Below, in pieces: positions 1 through 9,984 of a stretch of DNA of 64,000 nt (positions are counted from its first letter, which is position 1; every line of letters starts with the position of its first letter). Both the position numbers and the translations under genes were made by a program. The stretch lies in contig CAZAZU010000001.1 in assembly GCA_964490105.1 (NCBI GenBank), forward strand, positions 646,245 through 710,244, in the 5' to 3' direction. Under the pieces are notes generated by a model that had not been told where the DNA came from, ran no database searches, and was given only the letters and a program-made list of their open reading frames with translations. Source of the DNA: an uncultured Gammaproteobacteria bacterium. Lineage in GTDB: Bacteria > Patescibacteriota > Microgenomatia > Levybacterales > UBA12049.

Positions 1-632
1 AAACCTAAGAAAATTAGTAAAATAGCGGCAATTCTTAAGAAACTGTTTTTAAATTTATCTCCAAGTTTTGCAGTCAGAAATCCGATTCCGAAAAACATTG
101 GAAAAGTTCCCAGTACAAATGTTCCCAAAATCAAAGCTCCTTTTATAGGACTTGCGCTACTTATGGCTAGTGCTTCCATAGCTAGAGTTGTACCGCATGG
201 AATAAATATAGTCATTACGCCTAACACAGCGGGTGCAAAAATATCAGAGCTTCTGGATTTATTTCTAATTCTTCTAGTTAAGAAGCGGGGCGGTTGAATA
301 ACAGCGTATCTAAAAATTGGATGAACATCGAATAAATTTAAGGCAATTATTACCATATAAATTCCTGCAAAAATTTGAATTACTGATTGAACCTGAGAAG
401 TAAGACTTATGGCAGAACCAAATAACCCTAGCAAAAAACCTAAAACTAGATATGCACTCAATTTAGAGACTAAAAATGCAAGTGTTGGGAAAACTGGATT
501 TATTTTTCCTTTTTCCGAAATCCCTTCTTTTTCTCTTGAGGCAATTACTGAAGCCAAAAGCCCACCCTGAACCGCCAGACAAGTTAGTCCTCCGATAGTT
601 AACCCTGTTAAAAATATAATTCCAAGTTCCAT
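1..632 (-). CDS. Sulfite exporter TauE/SafE / DsbD_2-like membrane protein of copper operon (3' end runs off window)
   Basis: Manual translation from ATG at 632: MELGIIFLTGLTIGGLTCLAVQGGLL...FIPCGTTLAMEALA; multi-TM with the two Cys motifs of DsbD_2-type proteins; starts 2 nt after copA stop; absent from ORF track because truncated. Confidence 0.75.
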   Translation of the reverse strand, partial: MELGIIFLTGLTIGGLTCLAVQGGLLASVIASREKEGISEKGKINPVFPTLAFLVSKLSAYLVLGFLLGLFGSAISLTSQVQSVIQIFAGIYMVIIALNLFDVHPIFRYAVIQPPRFLTRRIRNKSRSSDIFAPAVLGVMTIFIPCGTTLAMEALAISSASPIKGALILGTFVLGTFPMFFGIGFLTAKLGDKFKNSFLRIAAILLIFLG

Positions 633-634
633 AA

Positions 635-2848
635 TTATTTAGCTATTTTTTTTAATAATAACGAATTTCCCACTACTGAAATTGAACTCGCAGCCATGGC
701 AAAAGAGGCAAAAATCGGATTCATGAGTATTCTTAATACAGGATAAAGTGCCCCCATCGCGACCGGAATTAGGATTATATTATAACCAAATGCCCAAATA
801 AAATTAAGTTTTATGGTTCTCATGGTTTTTCTTGATAAATTAATGGCCTCAACTACTGTATTCAGATCTTTGTTTATTAAAGTAATTCCTGCGGTTTCCA
901 TGGCGACATCAGTTCCTGTTCCCATCGCAATTCCTACATCTGCTGATGCGAGAGCCGGAGCGTCATTTATTCCGTCTCCTACCATCGCGACCACTTTCCC
1001 CATTTCTTGAAGTTTTCTAACTTCACTTTCTTTATCCTCAGGCATAACTTCCGAGATTATATTCTCAATTCCAGCTTTTCGCCCAATCGCTTCAGCGGTC
1101 GACTTATTATCACCAGTTATCATAAAAACCTCTACTCCCATTTTTCCCAGAGCTGCCACCGCGCCTTTCGCTGAATCCTTCAAGTTATCTTGAATTGTAA
1201 TAATTCCCAAAGCCTCATTCCCTTCCGCCAAAACTACAGCAGTCTTGCCTTCTTCCTCAAAACTTTTAATCTGCTCAAGATAATTCTTAGTCTCAACATT
1301 TTCAGAATTCATGAGCCTTAAATTACCTAAGAGTACTTTCTTTCCATTTATTAAACCTGAAATTCCTTTTCCGCTTAATGCTTTAAATCCCTCAACATTA
1401 TCAAGTGAAATCTTTTTCTCATTTACTTTATTTAAAATTGCCTCAGCTAAAGAGTGTTCCGACCCTTTCTCAAGCGACCCCGCAAGCTTCAAGAGGTTAT
1501 CTGAAGATCCCTTTAGCGGAACCACGTCTATAACTTCAGGTTTACCATGGGTTAAAGTCCCTGTTTTATCGAAAATAATCGTATTTACTTTATGCATTTT
1601 CTCAAGCATTGAGGCATCTTTTATAAGTATCCCTTTCCCAGCCCCTATTCCAGTCGAAACCATAATTGCCGTAGGAGTTGCAAGTCCCATCGCGCATGGG
1701 CAAGCTATGATTAAAACTGCAATCGTGTTAAGTAACGCATAAAGAAAAGTTGGCTCCGGCCCGAATAGATACCAAACCATAAATGTCGCAATAGAAAGAA
1801 GAATTACCACAGGTACAAAATATGCAGAAATCTGATCTGCCATCCTTTGAATTGGAGCTTTTGTACTTTGAGCTTCTTCAACTAACTTTATTATCCTTGA
1901 CAGAAATGTATCACGGCCTACTTTGGTCGCTTTATAGAGAAATGTTCCTGATTTATTAATTGTCGCGCCAATTACCATGTCTCCTTTAATCTTGTCTATT
2001 GGAATGCTTTCTCCTGTTACCATAGACTCATCTACACTTGATTCTCCCTCAATAATTTCTCCATCCACTGGAATTTTTTCGCCTGGCCTCACCCTTATAA
2101 CAGAATTAACAACTACTTCTTCAATTGGCACATCTTTTTCGATTCCATCTATTACAATTCTTGCAGTCTTTGCAGATAGACTCATTAGTTTTTTAATTGC
2201 GTCACTTGTTTGGAGTTTAGCTTTTGTCTCTATAAATCTGCCTAAAAGAATTAACGTGATAATAACCGAAGAAACATCAAAATATGGCATCGGCTCTATC
2301 CCCACCGACATTGGAATTTCAGGGAAAAAAGTTACAAAGGATGAGTATATAAATGCTACAGTCGTACCCAGAGCTACAAGAGTATCCATATTTGCAATTC
2401 GATTTCTTAAGGCAGGAATTGATGCTTTGTAAAAAGTTAAACCTATAAAGAATTGAACGGGAATAGAAAGAACTAGCTGTAAATAAAAGTTTCTGATGAT
2501 AGCTGGCGCTGTCTCCATAAGACCTGGAAAACTTCCCCACAGTATTACTGCAGAAATTATAGCCCCTGCTAAAACTTTCATTTTTAAGATTTTCAGATCT
2601 TTTAACTTAGAGGCGGTTTTTTCTTCAGGAGATAAATTAAATTGTGCTTCATATCCAACTTTTTTTAATGCTTCTTTTATTTTTTTATCAGGAACTTCTT
2701 TATCGCAAACAACACATCCTGATTCCGTAGCTAAATTTACAGTCGCTTCCTTAACTCCGTCAATTTTTCTGAGACTTTTTTCGATTACATTTACGCAGGA
2801 AGCGCAATGCATTCCTTTTATGTTAAAATCCGTTCTTTTTTCTTCCAT
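635..2848 (-). CDS. copA: Cu(I)-translocating P1B-type ATPase
   Basis: N-terminal GMHCASC HMA domain, [22 protein letters not shown] and MAASS motifs. Confidence 0.95.
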   Translation of the reverse strand: MEEKRTDFNIKGMHCASCVNVIEKSLRKIDGVKEATVNLATESGCVVCDKEVPDKKIKEALKKVGYEAQFNLSPEEKTASKLKDLKILKMKVLAGAIISAVILWGSFPGLMETAPAIIRNFYLQLVLSIPVQFFIGLTFYKASIPALRNRIANMDTLVALGTTVAFIYSSFVTFFPEIPMSVGIEPMPYFDVSSVIITLILLGRFIETKAKLQTSDAIKKLMSLSAKTARIVIDGIEKDVPIEEVVVNSVIRVRPGEKIPVDGEIIEGESSVDESMVTGESIPIDKIKGDMVIGATINKSGTFLYKATKVGRDTFLSRIIKLVEEAQSTKAPIQRMADQISAYFVPVVILLSIATFMVWYLFGPEPTFLYALLNTIAVLIIACPCAMGLATPTAIMVSTGIGAGKGILIKDASMLEKMHKVNTIIFDKTGTLTHGKPEVIDVVPLKGSSDNLLKLAGSLEKGSEHSLAEAILNKVNEKKISLDNVEGFKALSGKGISGLINGKKVLLGNLRLMNSENVETKNYLEQIKSFEEEGKTAVVLAEGNEALGIITIQDNLKDSAKGAVAALGKMGVEVFMITGDNKSTAEAIGRKAGIENIISEVMPEDKESEVRKLQEMGKVVAMVGDGINDAPALASADVGIAMGTGTDVAMETAGITLINKDLNTVVEAINLSRKTMRTIKLNFIWAFGYNIILIPVAMGALYPVLRILMNPIFASFAMAASSISVVGNSLLLKKIAK

Positions 2849-3207
2849 TAACTTACAATTAATTTTCCGTGATACATATTCATACCACAGGAAAATTCGT
2901 ACTCTCCTTTTTCTTTTGGAAATATATCTATGCTTATTTTTTTATTTAGAGGTAAAAATTTTTTAATTTTAAAATCTGATAAAACTACCTCCTCAAGACA
3001 ATCTGAAGGGTCTTTTCTTAAAAAATTAATTTTAGTAGATTTATTATTCTTAACTTCAATTACTGTGGGTTTATATCCGCCGGAGACGATTACATCAATC
3101 TCGTCCGTAGCTTTTACCACTTCCTCTTTTTTCATAAAGAAGAACCAGTAGGTAAAAATCATTCCCAGTGCTCCGGAAATTAAAACAATTATTTGGTCTA
3201 TCTGCAT
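2848..3207 (-). CDS. Cupredoxin-domain membrane protein (CupA-like)
   Basis: N-terminal TM, GGYKP and [10 protein letters not shown] motifs; overlaps copA start. Confidence 0.85.
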   Translation of the reverse strand: MQIDQIIVLISGALGMIFTYWFFFMKKEEVVKATDEIDVIVSGGYKPTVIEVKNNKSTKINFLRKDPSDCLEEVVLSDFKIKKFLPLNKKISIDIFPKEKGEYEFSCGMNMYHGKLIVS

Positions 3208-3213
3208 TTATCA

Positions 3214-3822
3214 TTACTCCCACTCAGTTAACCATTTTCGCATCAAATCAATTTCAGCTGTTTGAGCTAAGATTATGTCATCAGCGAGTTTTTTCATCTC
3301 AGGTCTATCAGTTCCATTCTTAAGCATACTTGCCATCATAACAGCCATCTGGTGATGTGGGATCATGTCTTCTATAAATGCCCTGTCAAAATCTTCTGAA
3401 TTTTCTAGACTATCTAAATCCATGTCGCTACCCCTCATGCCCATATGCATTTTTCCGCCTGACATCATTCCGTGCTGACTCATAACCTCGTCTCCAGTTG
3501 GAAGTTCACGCCCATACCAGTCTTTATACCAGGACTTCATCTGGGTGATTTCATTTGACTGTGAAGAAATAATATTAGTAGCTAGCTCTTTTACCTCAGG
3601 ACGCGTAGCTTTTTCTAAAGCGAGCTCACTCATTGTTATCGCATCTTCATGATGAGGAATCATCTGTTCTATAAAATGTGCATCAATTACATCCGGATTA
3701 TTTGACACTGAGTTTCTGCCCATCATTACTCCCGGATTAATTGAAGTCTTATCTGAAAAATAACCAAAAACTGCAAGCCCGCCTATTACCGCACCTATAA
3801 TTAAAAATATTAATTTATTCAT
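3214..3822 (-). CDS. DUF305 (CopM-like) Met/His-rich exported metal-binding protein
   Basis: Duplicated FIEQMIPHH / FIEDMIPHH motifs, N-terminal signal/TM. Confidence 0.85.
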   Translation of the reverse strand: MNKLIFLIIGAVIGGLAVFGYFSDKTSINPGVMMGRNSVSNNPDVIDAHFIEQMIPHHEDAITMSELALEKATRPEVKELATNIISSQSNEITQMKSWYKDWYGRELPTGDEVMSQHGMMSGGKMHMGMRGSDMDLDSLENSEDFDRAFIEDMIPHHQMAVMMASMLKNGTDRPEMKKLADDIILAQTAEIDLMRKWLTEWE

Positions 3823-4091
3823 TTATTTACCCTCTTAAATAGCGTTATTAACTCTTGCGAAGCTTTTGGATCTTCTGACATAAACTGGTGTTTTACATGA
3901 GTATTAACGTGTCTTTCAAATAAAACTGAATCGAGACTTTTTAAAGAATTTTGGATAGCAAGGCTTTGATTTAAAAGATCTATGCAGTATTCATCGGATT
4001 CAATCATGCGCTCGAGTCCTTCAAGCTGACCTTTTATAATATTTAATCTTTTCTGGGCTTCTTCTTTTTTATCCGTATAGTTTTGTTTCAT
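3819..4091 (-). CDS. csoR: CsoR/RcnR-family metal-sensing repressor
   Basis: RLNIIKGQLEGLERMIE..YC.D motif; start moved to ATG 4091 (MKQNY), 6 nt after a -10 box. Confidence 0.85.
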   Translation of the reverse strand: MKQNYTDKKEEAQKRLNIIKGQLEGLERMIESDEYCIDLLNQSLAIQNSLKSLDSVLFERHVNTHVKHQFMSEDPKASQELITLFKRVNK

Positions 4092-4097
4092 AAAAAT

Positions 4098-4126
4098 ATG
4101 ATATACCCCCCTAGGGTATATGTCAA
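4098..4126 (-). promoter_or_regulatory. Sigma70 promoter of copper operon with CsoR operator in the spacer
   Basis: Minus strand TTGACA-17nt-TATCAT-6nt-ATG; palindrome ATATACCC-CCCTA-GGGTATAT (4101-4121) with C/G tract typical of CsoR operators. Confidence 0.85.
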
Positions 4127-4169
4127 TATCCAAATTGACCGCGTTCTTTAAAACACTTATATTAAATAT

Positions 4170-4385
4170 ATGGCAAAGAAAAAAGTTAAAAAAATCCAAT
4201 ATCCAAGTAAAAATAAAATGGTGTTCTCTATTCTTGCAACGGTAGGAGTTGTAGCTGTCTGGCGTGGAATTTGGGTAGTTTTCGATGCGCTTCCCTATTT
4301 TGAGAGACCTATTGTTGCAGGAGGAATTGCAATCTTAATTCTTATAATCGCAGGGATTTACTTTAAAAAAATCAACTTCTGGTAA
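4170..4385 (+). CDS. Small two-TM membrane protein
   Basis: GVVAVWRGIW motif, two hydrophobic segments. Confidence 0.7.
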   Translation: MAKKKVKKIQYPSKNKMVFSILATVGVVAVWRGIWVVFDALPYFERPIVAGGIAILILIIAGIYFKKINFW

Positions 4386-4388
4386 AAC

Positions 4389-5018
4389 TTACTTTATAAC
4401 AACCATTGGATGCTCAAATGCTCTATTTAATGCTTCAGCTTGCAAATCTGGATTTCCTTCCCATCGATCTCTTCTTAAAGTTTGAACTCCTAAACCCACT
4501 ACATTAATTGTTCCTGCTTGATCTGCAATAATGAATAAGCCGTGTAGTGCAGTTGATTTAAAAGTCTTCGAAAGATGCTTTGAAAATCTTCCAAAACGGT
4601 CAGAGAATCTTCCAGCTGGTAGATCTAACTCTACTTTTCTTGATGATTTTATATCCCAGTTAACACCTAGATAACTAACATCTGGCAATAATTCAATCGG
4701 AGGTGTCGCAACCACCTTTGGCTGACCTTCTACTATTCTTGCAGGCCAACTATCATGTAAATATACGAGCTTACCTACTCCTATTTTATTGTAAAGATCA
4801 GCCATCTCAACTAAAAGATTAGGGAATGCACTCGCGATTAAATGTCCGGAGGCTAAATCATGAGGACTCACCTCATGCTCATCATGCCCACCATCATGAC
4901 CACCATGGCCAACTCCATGTACCGCAGGAGTAATAGGTGCTTCTGCCGCCTTTCTCCTAGCAGCCTCTGCAACTGCAAATTCTAATCCTGGAAAATTCGG
5001 TCTTCGATCTGGACTCAT
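4389..5018 (-). CDS. Hypothetical protein with His/Gly-rich N-terminal segment
   Basis: 209-aa ORF; TATAAT 8 nt before ATG; HGVGHGGHDGGHDEHEVSPHD. Confidence 0.7.
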   Translation of the reverse strand: MSPDRRPNFPGLEFAVAEAARRKAAEAPITPAVHGVGHGGHDGGHDEHEVSPHDLASGHLIASAFPNLLVEMADLYNKIGVGKLVYLHDSWPARIVEGQPKVVATPPIELLPDVSYLGVNWDIKSSRKVELDLPAGRFSDRFGRFSKHLSKTFKSTALHGLFIIADQAGTINVVGLGVQTLRRDRWEGNPDLQAEALNRAFEHPMVVIK

Positions 5019-5086
5019 AGGCTCATATTATACTATAAGTCTATATTTAAAGCAATTAATGTCTGGAAGTGGTACAATGCTACTTC

Positions 5087-5524
5087 ATGGGATATCCAAA
5101 CAGAGATAACAGAGGAGGGGGACGAGGCGGAGGACGCGATTTTGGCGGAAGAAGTTTTGGCGGAGAAAAGCGTTTTAGACCTGCGGAACTTCATAAAGCC
5201 ACATGCAGTAACTGCGGAAATGAATGTGAAGTTCCTTTTAAACCAAGTGGAGAAAAACCAGTTTATTGCAGAGATTGTTTTGGAAAAATGAAACGGTCAA
5301 ATGAAGAAAAGAGCTTTGATAGAAGAGAAGAGAGATCCTCTCAGTCTCAAAATAATCCAAAACTGGATGAAATCAACTCAAAGTTAGACCAAATCATAGA
5401 ATTACTAAATAATAGGTCAGAGGTATTAACCCCTGAAGCACCAATAATAGTAAAAAAGAAAAGATTATCCAAGAAAGCAATCGAGCTAGCAGATACACCC
5501 CTAGAAGGACCCACCACAGAATAA
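5087..5524 (+). CDS. CxxC-x17-CxxC zinc-finger protein with RGG-rich N-terminus
   Basis: CSNCGNECEVPFKPSGEKPVYCRDC; start moved to ATG 5087 after TACAAT. Confidence 0.85.
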   Translation: MGYPNRDNRGGGRGGGRDFGGRSFGGEKRFRPAELHKATCSNCGNECEVPFKPSGEKPVYCRDCFGKMKRSNEEKSFDRREERSSQSQNNPKLDEINSKLDQIIELLNNRSEVLTPEAPIIVKKKRLSKKAIELADTPLEGPTTE

Positions 5525-5553
5525 TTTGTCGGATTTTGCTATAATCCTCGACT

Positions 5554-6243
5554 ATGTCTATAGAAACCTTTAAAGACCAGTATCCGTCAGGAGATAGATT
5601 CGCGGAAGCTGTAACTAAAAGAGCAGAATTTAAAAGAGGATATTCCAGAATGAGAGCTTTAGCTGATACGATGTATCACGAAGGAAGGGCAGGGCTTAAA
5701 GATGTCCACAGAGAATTAAGAAATAGCAAGCGTCTTGTCCCTGCATCTCCCCTTTCCTCAGATATTCCTCCATCTCTTAAAGATGCAATTAGCATGAATG
5801 CAGGTGCAGTTCTTTGGGGATCCATATTCAGAACTACCGAAATCATAGCCGTAGAAAGATTTTATGATCCGTCTTTTTTTGCTCATCTGGTAAGAGACGG
5901 TTTCAGAGGAATGGGGTGGGCTGACTCGATAAATCTTGGAAAACCTGAAGAAAAAGAGCCAACTCATTTTACTCATGCAAAAGTTGCAGCGCTTACACAT
6001 GAAGTTACTATTGATCCAAAAATGACATTTATATTCACAAAACAAGGGTTTAATCTACTTCCTACGACTTTTCAAGGCGATATCCTAGGAACTGCACTTT
6101 TTAATGGAATGGTTTCACATTTTGGACCTGTTTATCATTCTAGATCTGATGCACTCCTTAGAGCACCTGTTACACCTGCAGAACAAAAAGCCAGACAGCT
6201 ACAGTTAGTACTTCCTCAGCATAGGCCTTTAACTTTTAGATAA
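5554..6243 (+). CDS. Hypothetical protein (orphan)
   Basis: 229-aa ORF with TGnTATAAT (5537-5545) 8 nt upstream. Confidence 0.7.
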   Translation: MSIETFKDQYPSGDRFAEAVTKRAEFKRGYSRMRALADTMYHEGRAGLKDVHRELRNSKRLVPASPLSSDIPPSLKDAISMNAGAVLWGSIFRTTEIIAVERFYDPSFFAHLVRDGFRGMGWADSINLGKPEEKEPTHFTHAKVAALTHEVTIDPKMTFIFTKQGFNLLPTTFQGDILGTALFNGMVSHFGPVYHSRSDALLRAPVTPAEQKARQLQLVLPQHRPLTFR

Positions 6244-6630
6244 TTATCTTACCGGGGATTTTCCTGGATTATAAATCAAACATTCGTAGATAGAAGGAAT
6301 TCCAGCCTCATTTACGCCAGTTATAATCACAGAAGGATAACCTTTTGCGATCGGAAAATGTCTTTCGCCAACCATCGGATTATTTCCATCTAAATCTTGT
6401 GTCATGGCGCTTGGATTTAATGGAACAACATGACAATCTCCTGTACCCTCTGGATCAACAGTCAGATTATATCTATGATTATTTCCCGGAGGAGTAAGAT
6501 CATATTCACCTGCAGGTAAAGAAGTGAGCGTGCCTCTTCTTTCACTCATAGCACTAACCACAGTATCTTTTGGTTCCTCTCCTTCTATAATTGGTAAACC
6601 ACCCGAAAAACTAACTCTTTCAACTACCAT
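6244..6630 (-). CDS. Hypothetical protein (orphan)
   Basis: 128-aa ORF, TATAAT 8 nt upstream, stop abuts convergent gene. Confidence 0.65.
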   Translation of the reverse strand: MVVERVSFSGGLPIIEGEEPKDTVVSAMSERRGTLTSLPAGEYDLTPPGNNHRYNLTVDPEGTGDCHVVPLNPSAMTQDLDGNNPMVGERHFPIAKGYPSVIITGVNEAGIPSIYECLIYNPGKSPVR

Positions 6631-6732
6631 AGCGGGAAATTATATACTAGAGGTCTATATAAATCAAGCTTATATTGACTTGGTTTTGGCACAAACATTT
6701 ATGAGATTACACACGAGGAGTATAATTAGTGT

Positions 6733-7370
6733 GTGGATATTTCCCTTATCGCCAAAACTTTTATAACATTTTTTACAGTAATTGATCCCTTAGGCTTAGT
6801 TCCTGTAGTTCTAGTAATTTTAGCTAATAATAATCCCGAGGAAAGGAAAAAATAATTACCAGAGCGGTAATAATTGGTGCATTAGTAATTTTTACATTCG
6901 CTCTTTTAGGAAAAATACTTATAGAAAGTCTTGGGATCGGACTTTATGCATTTAACATCGCAGGAGGTGTTCTACTTTTTCTCATAGCTCTAGACATGCT
7001 TTTTGGAAGAACTCCTGGAACTCGCGAGACCCCAGTAGAAGAAAAAGAGGCAATAACTAGTAGTGATGTAAGCGTTTTTCCTTTAGCTATACCTATGATT
7101 GCAGGTCCTGGAACTATAGCCACCACTATTCTTTTTACAGACAACGCATCCGGAAGTAACTTGAGCATCCTTATACTTGCTGTAGTCCTAATTTTAATTC
7201 TATTTATTTCCTGGGTAGTTATGATAAAAAGTTCTTTAATTATGAAGCTTATTGGAAGAACTGGAATACTGGTTTTTTCTAGAATTCTGGGAATAATTCT
7301 AGCCGCATTAGCAGTCCAATATATTCTTAACGGTATTCAGACATTCCTGAAATTAAATGGATTTATTTAG
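6733..7370 (+). pseudogene. marC: MarC-family membrane protein, frameshifted at A6 run (6847-6852)
   Basis: GTG 6733 gives MDISLIAKTFITFFTVIDPLGLVPV...EERKK* ; the -1 frame continues IITRAVIIG...FNIAGGVLLFLIALDML...PLAIPMIAGPGTI...SRILGIILAALAVQ; one extra A restores a full MarC. Confidence 0.8.
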
Positions 7371-7788
7371 ATAGATTTAATTGACTGAGTGGCTTTGCAA
7401 TTCCAGCTGTATCTTTTAAATATCCGTCAACTGCCTCCTGAAAAGCTTCCCCACGAGCTGTAGCTCCAAACCTGACTATAAATCGTCCTTGCGCTAATAC
7501 TGATCTTCTTATATCAATTCCCGGTCTCTGAAGTCCTTCAACTCTTGCCTCATGATAACCAGACCCCTGAACGATATCTCTTACTAATGGCTCGAGCTCC
7601 AAACCACGAGTTAAATCCTCTGGACTTCTACGAAACACCTGACAATAGATAGCTGTGATGTCATCTAAATGTTCCTGTGTTAAAACACCTGGGTCTACCC
7701 AAAATGTTTCTCTAGGTTTTAGTCCTTCAACTTTAACGCTAGGAGTTTGTGGATATAAAATTGGCCCATATTTCCCTCTTCTTTCCAT
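7363..7788 (-). CDS. Hypothetical protein (orphan)
   Basis: 141-aa ORF, TATAAT 8 nt upstream. Confidence 0.65.
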   Translation of the reverse strand: MERRGKYGPILYPQTPSVKVEGLKPRETFWVDPGVLTQEHLDDITAIYCQVFRRSPEDLTRGLELEPLVRDIVQGSGYHEARVEGLQRPGIDIRRSVLAQGRFIVRFGATARGEAFQEAVDGYLKDTAGIAKPLSQLNLSK

Positions 7789-7826
7789 GACTGAGGATTA
7801 TACTTCCGAGGCCAAATTAAATCAAT

Positions 7827-8474
7827 CTAAAAAGGAATATCGTTAGAAGCTTGTTGATCATCAATTCCTTCAAAAATCATTCTTTTATATACTTGTCGTG
7901 TTAACTCCACATCTTTCATGCAATACTTATTAATCTCCTCTATTCTTCCCTGCTGATAATAATCCCAGACCATAGATCCATCCATTTCATCTTTTGAAGT
8001 TGGTAATCCTAAAACCTTAGCAAGAGTATCTAACTTTTGAACTTTGTCAAAGTTCCATAAAGACCATTGAAGCATAGTGTCATAAATAGGTATATCTCTA
8101 TACCTAGCAAAACTTATATCAGTTCTTGGCTTAACTTTATTTATTATGGAGCGCTGATAGATGAATGGGAGATCAAATGACCAGATATTATGTCCCACAA
8201 ATCTCATAACATCCTGGGACGCTTTCCAGAAATTAATTAAGATTTCTTTTTCGTCTCCTGAAAAAGTCTCCCTAAAAATTTCCTTACCGTTCATTTCTTT
8301 TATAACGGCAATTGAACAAATTCTCCCAAAAGTCCCGTCAAAAGAAGTATTTGCGTGAATTTCTGTTTCAGCCTTATTACTATTCCCGTTTTTCTTTTTA
8401 AGAATCTCGAGATATGTATTTTTATATTCTTCAGCGCAGGGAATTGTCTCTATATCAAAAAATAATGTAATCAT
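7827..8474 (-). CDS. DEDD 3'-5' exonuclease, PolB-exonuclease-like stand-alone protein
   Basis: FDIET (Exo I), GHNIWSFDLPF (Exo II), YCMKDV (Exo III); ends in DIPF, resembling the SSB C-terminal peptide. Confidence 0.85.
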   Translation of the reverse strand: MITLFFDIETIPCAEEYKNTYLEILKKKNGNSNKAETEIHANTSFDGTFGRICSIAVIKEMNGKEIFRETFSGDEKEILINFWKASQDVMRFVGHNIWSFDLPFIYQRSIINKVKPRTDISFARYRDIPIYDTMLQWSLWNFDKVQKLDTLAKVLGLPTSKDEMDGSMVWDYYQQGRIEEINKYCMKDVELTRQVYKRMIFEGIDDQQASNDIPF

Positions 8475-8514
8475 AGCCGTGAATTATACTCTTGAAATAA
8501 TTATATAGCAATTC

Positions 8515-9054
8515 TTATTTCTTAAATTTCAAAACTAGCTCTATGTAAGTTTCTCTGGGAATTAAGATTCTAAATTTATTTAATTCTTCGCTACGTCTCA
8601 CATAAAAATCTTTAAATTTATCTCGTAAAGCATCTTCCATTATCTGGTAAGAAGTCTCGAGATCTATTTTTTTACCATTAAAATAACCGCTGAATTCATA
8701 CATTTCAGCGGAGACCCAGTCCCCATCTGTAATATTTATTGAATAACCGGATTTTTTTACTATTTTTTCAATTTCTTCTATGAATCTTTTTAAGCCTCTG
8801 TTTGAATAGTGAACAAGCGTATTTTTATAAAATAATGAGAATGGAAAATATCTAGTTAAATAAGAAACTATAACGAAATATAAATGATGAAAATTATAAT
8901 AGGAAAGACCCGTGTAAAATTTTAATAGCCATAAATAAGTTTCTATAGAATTTTCATTCAGATTCTTTGGAGGTTTCGAATTAAAAAGTTTATAGAAAAA
9001 GTAACTAATCCTGAATTCTTTTACAAAATCTTTTTCCGTATATCTCTTTTTCAC
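8515..9054 (-). CDS. Hypothetical protein
   Basis: 179-aa AT-rich ORF, TATAAT upstream. Confidence 0.55.
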   Translation of the reverse strand: MKKRYTEKDFVKEFRISYFFYKLFNSKPPKNLNENSIETYLWLLKFYTGLSYYNFHHLYFVIVSYLTRYFPFSLFYKNTLVHYSNRGLKRFIEEIEKIVKKSGYSINITDGDWVSAEMYEFSGYFNGKKIDLETSYQIMEDALRDKFKDFYVRRSEELNKFRILIPRETYIELVLKFKK

Positions 9055-9117
9055 TATTTCCCAAAATTATATTCCCGCTCCCCAAATAAAGCAATTTAAT
9101 AGATGTATAATTAAGTT

Positions 9118-9510
9118 ATGAACCAAACAAAAGAATTGGAGGAATTAAAGTCCATTAAAAGAAAAGCAAGATTTCATTATAATTTTATCCGCTCTGTCTA
9201 TGTAGATAATTATAAAAATGAAACCTTCCCGCTACGAAAAATATATTACGAGGCAATAAATTCACTGGATTCCATGGAAAACCTCTATCAATCCCTAAAA
9301 ACAGGAATGAGAAAAAGGTCTTTATCTGAACAAATCCAATTTGTAGAAAAGTGGGAGGAATTTATTTTCTGCATAGAATCGATTACAGCTCAAAAAACAA
9401 ATGATAAATATTTAACAAGATATATTAATATGGACATGGAACTTGCAAACAAAGAAGCTATTTCACTCTGGATGGACTATAAAAAACAATTTCACCAAAA
9501 ACCTTACTAA
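9118..9510 (+). CDS. Hypothetical helical protein
   Basis: 130-aa ORF; TATAAT 9106-9111, 6 nt before ATG. Confidence 0.6.
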   Translation: MNQTKELEELKSIKRKARFHYNFIRSVYVDNYKNETFPLRKIYYEAINSLDSMENLYQSLKTGMRKRSLSEQIQFVEKWEEFIFCIESITAQKTNDKYLTRYINMDMELANKEAISLWMDYKKQFHQKPY

Positions 9511-9543
9511 ATTATTTGAATACTATCTGCCCAAATAAAACAA

Positions 9544-9984
9544 TTATTTATTGAATAATACAAAGTGTGGTAGTTGATCAAGCCCAATATAATTAAACAT
9601 CCACAAATCTTTTCTTCCACTTTTAAAAGTAGCAAGGTATTTCTTGAGATTTAACTTAGGAATAAAGGGATAAAATCTAATCTCTTGCTTCATTTCGTTC
9701 TTCTCAATCCACTTAAAATTAGCAATTAGCGGAGGTGCAAAATAACCAGACTTGGTAACTTTATCCATTACCTCCCATGTAGCACCAAAAATCTCCTTTT
9801 TTGGTTTAGTAGAATTTGTTTTAACTTGTGCACGAAAATTACACCCCACACACTGAACATCACAAAGAGGAAAACTTGGAGGAAGAAGCATTAATTTCTT
9901 TTTGCAATTAGGACAACTAATCAAATCCACGATTTCCTGTTCACCAAAATCCCCTGCTTCCTTATTTGATATTTTTAAATCCAT
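9544..9984 (-). CDS. DpnI/Dam-replacing-protein-like zinc-binding PD-(D/E)XK nuclease domain
   Basis: GE...CPNC...PLCDVQCVGC..RAQVK resembles the DpnI catalytic domain (E..CPNC..D..CxxC..E-x-K); no winged-helix domain. Confidence 0.65.
   Translation of the reverse strand: MDLKISNKEAGDFGEQEIVDLISCPNCKKKLMLLPPSFPLCDVQCVGCNFRAQVKTNSTKPKKEIFGATWEVMDKVTKSGYFAPPLIANFKWIEKNEMKQEIRFYPFIPKLNLKKYLATFKSGRKDLWMFNYIGLDQLPHFVLFNK

Noticed and set aside
813-2966. Several + strand ORFs inside copA, and similar antisense ORFs inside ftsK, pnp, infB, dnaK, the R-M gene and others
   Set aside because: Shadow ORFs opposite well-supported genes; Ser/Pro/Ile-rich antisense composition and no motifs
4092-4199. 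N-terminal extensions in the ORF track (csoR; also 5069, 10998, 25697, 31919, 59768)
   Set aside because: They run through promoters or neighbouring genes; downstream starts fit the -10 spacing and family N-termini better
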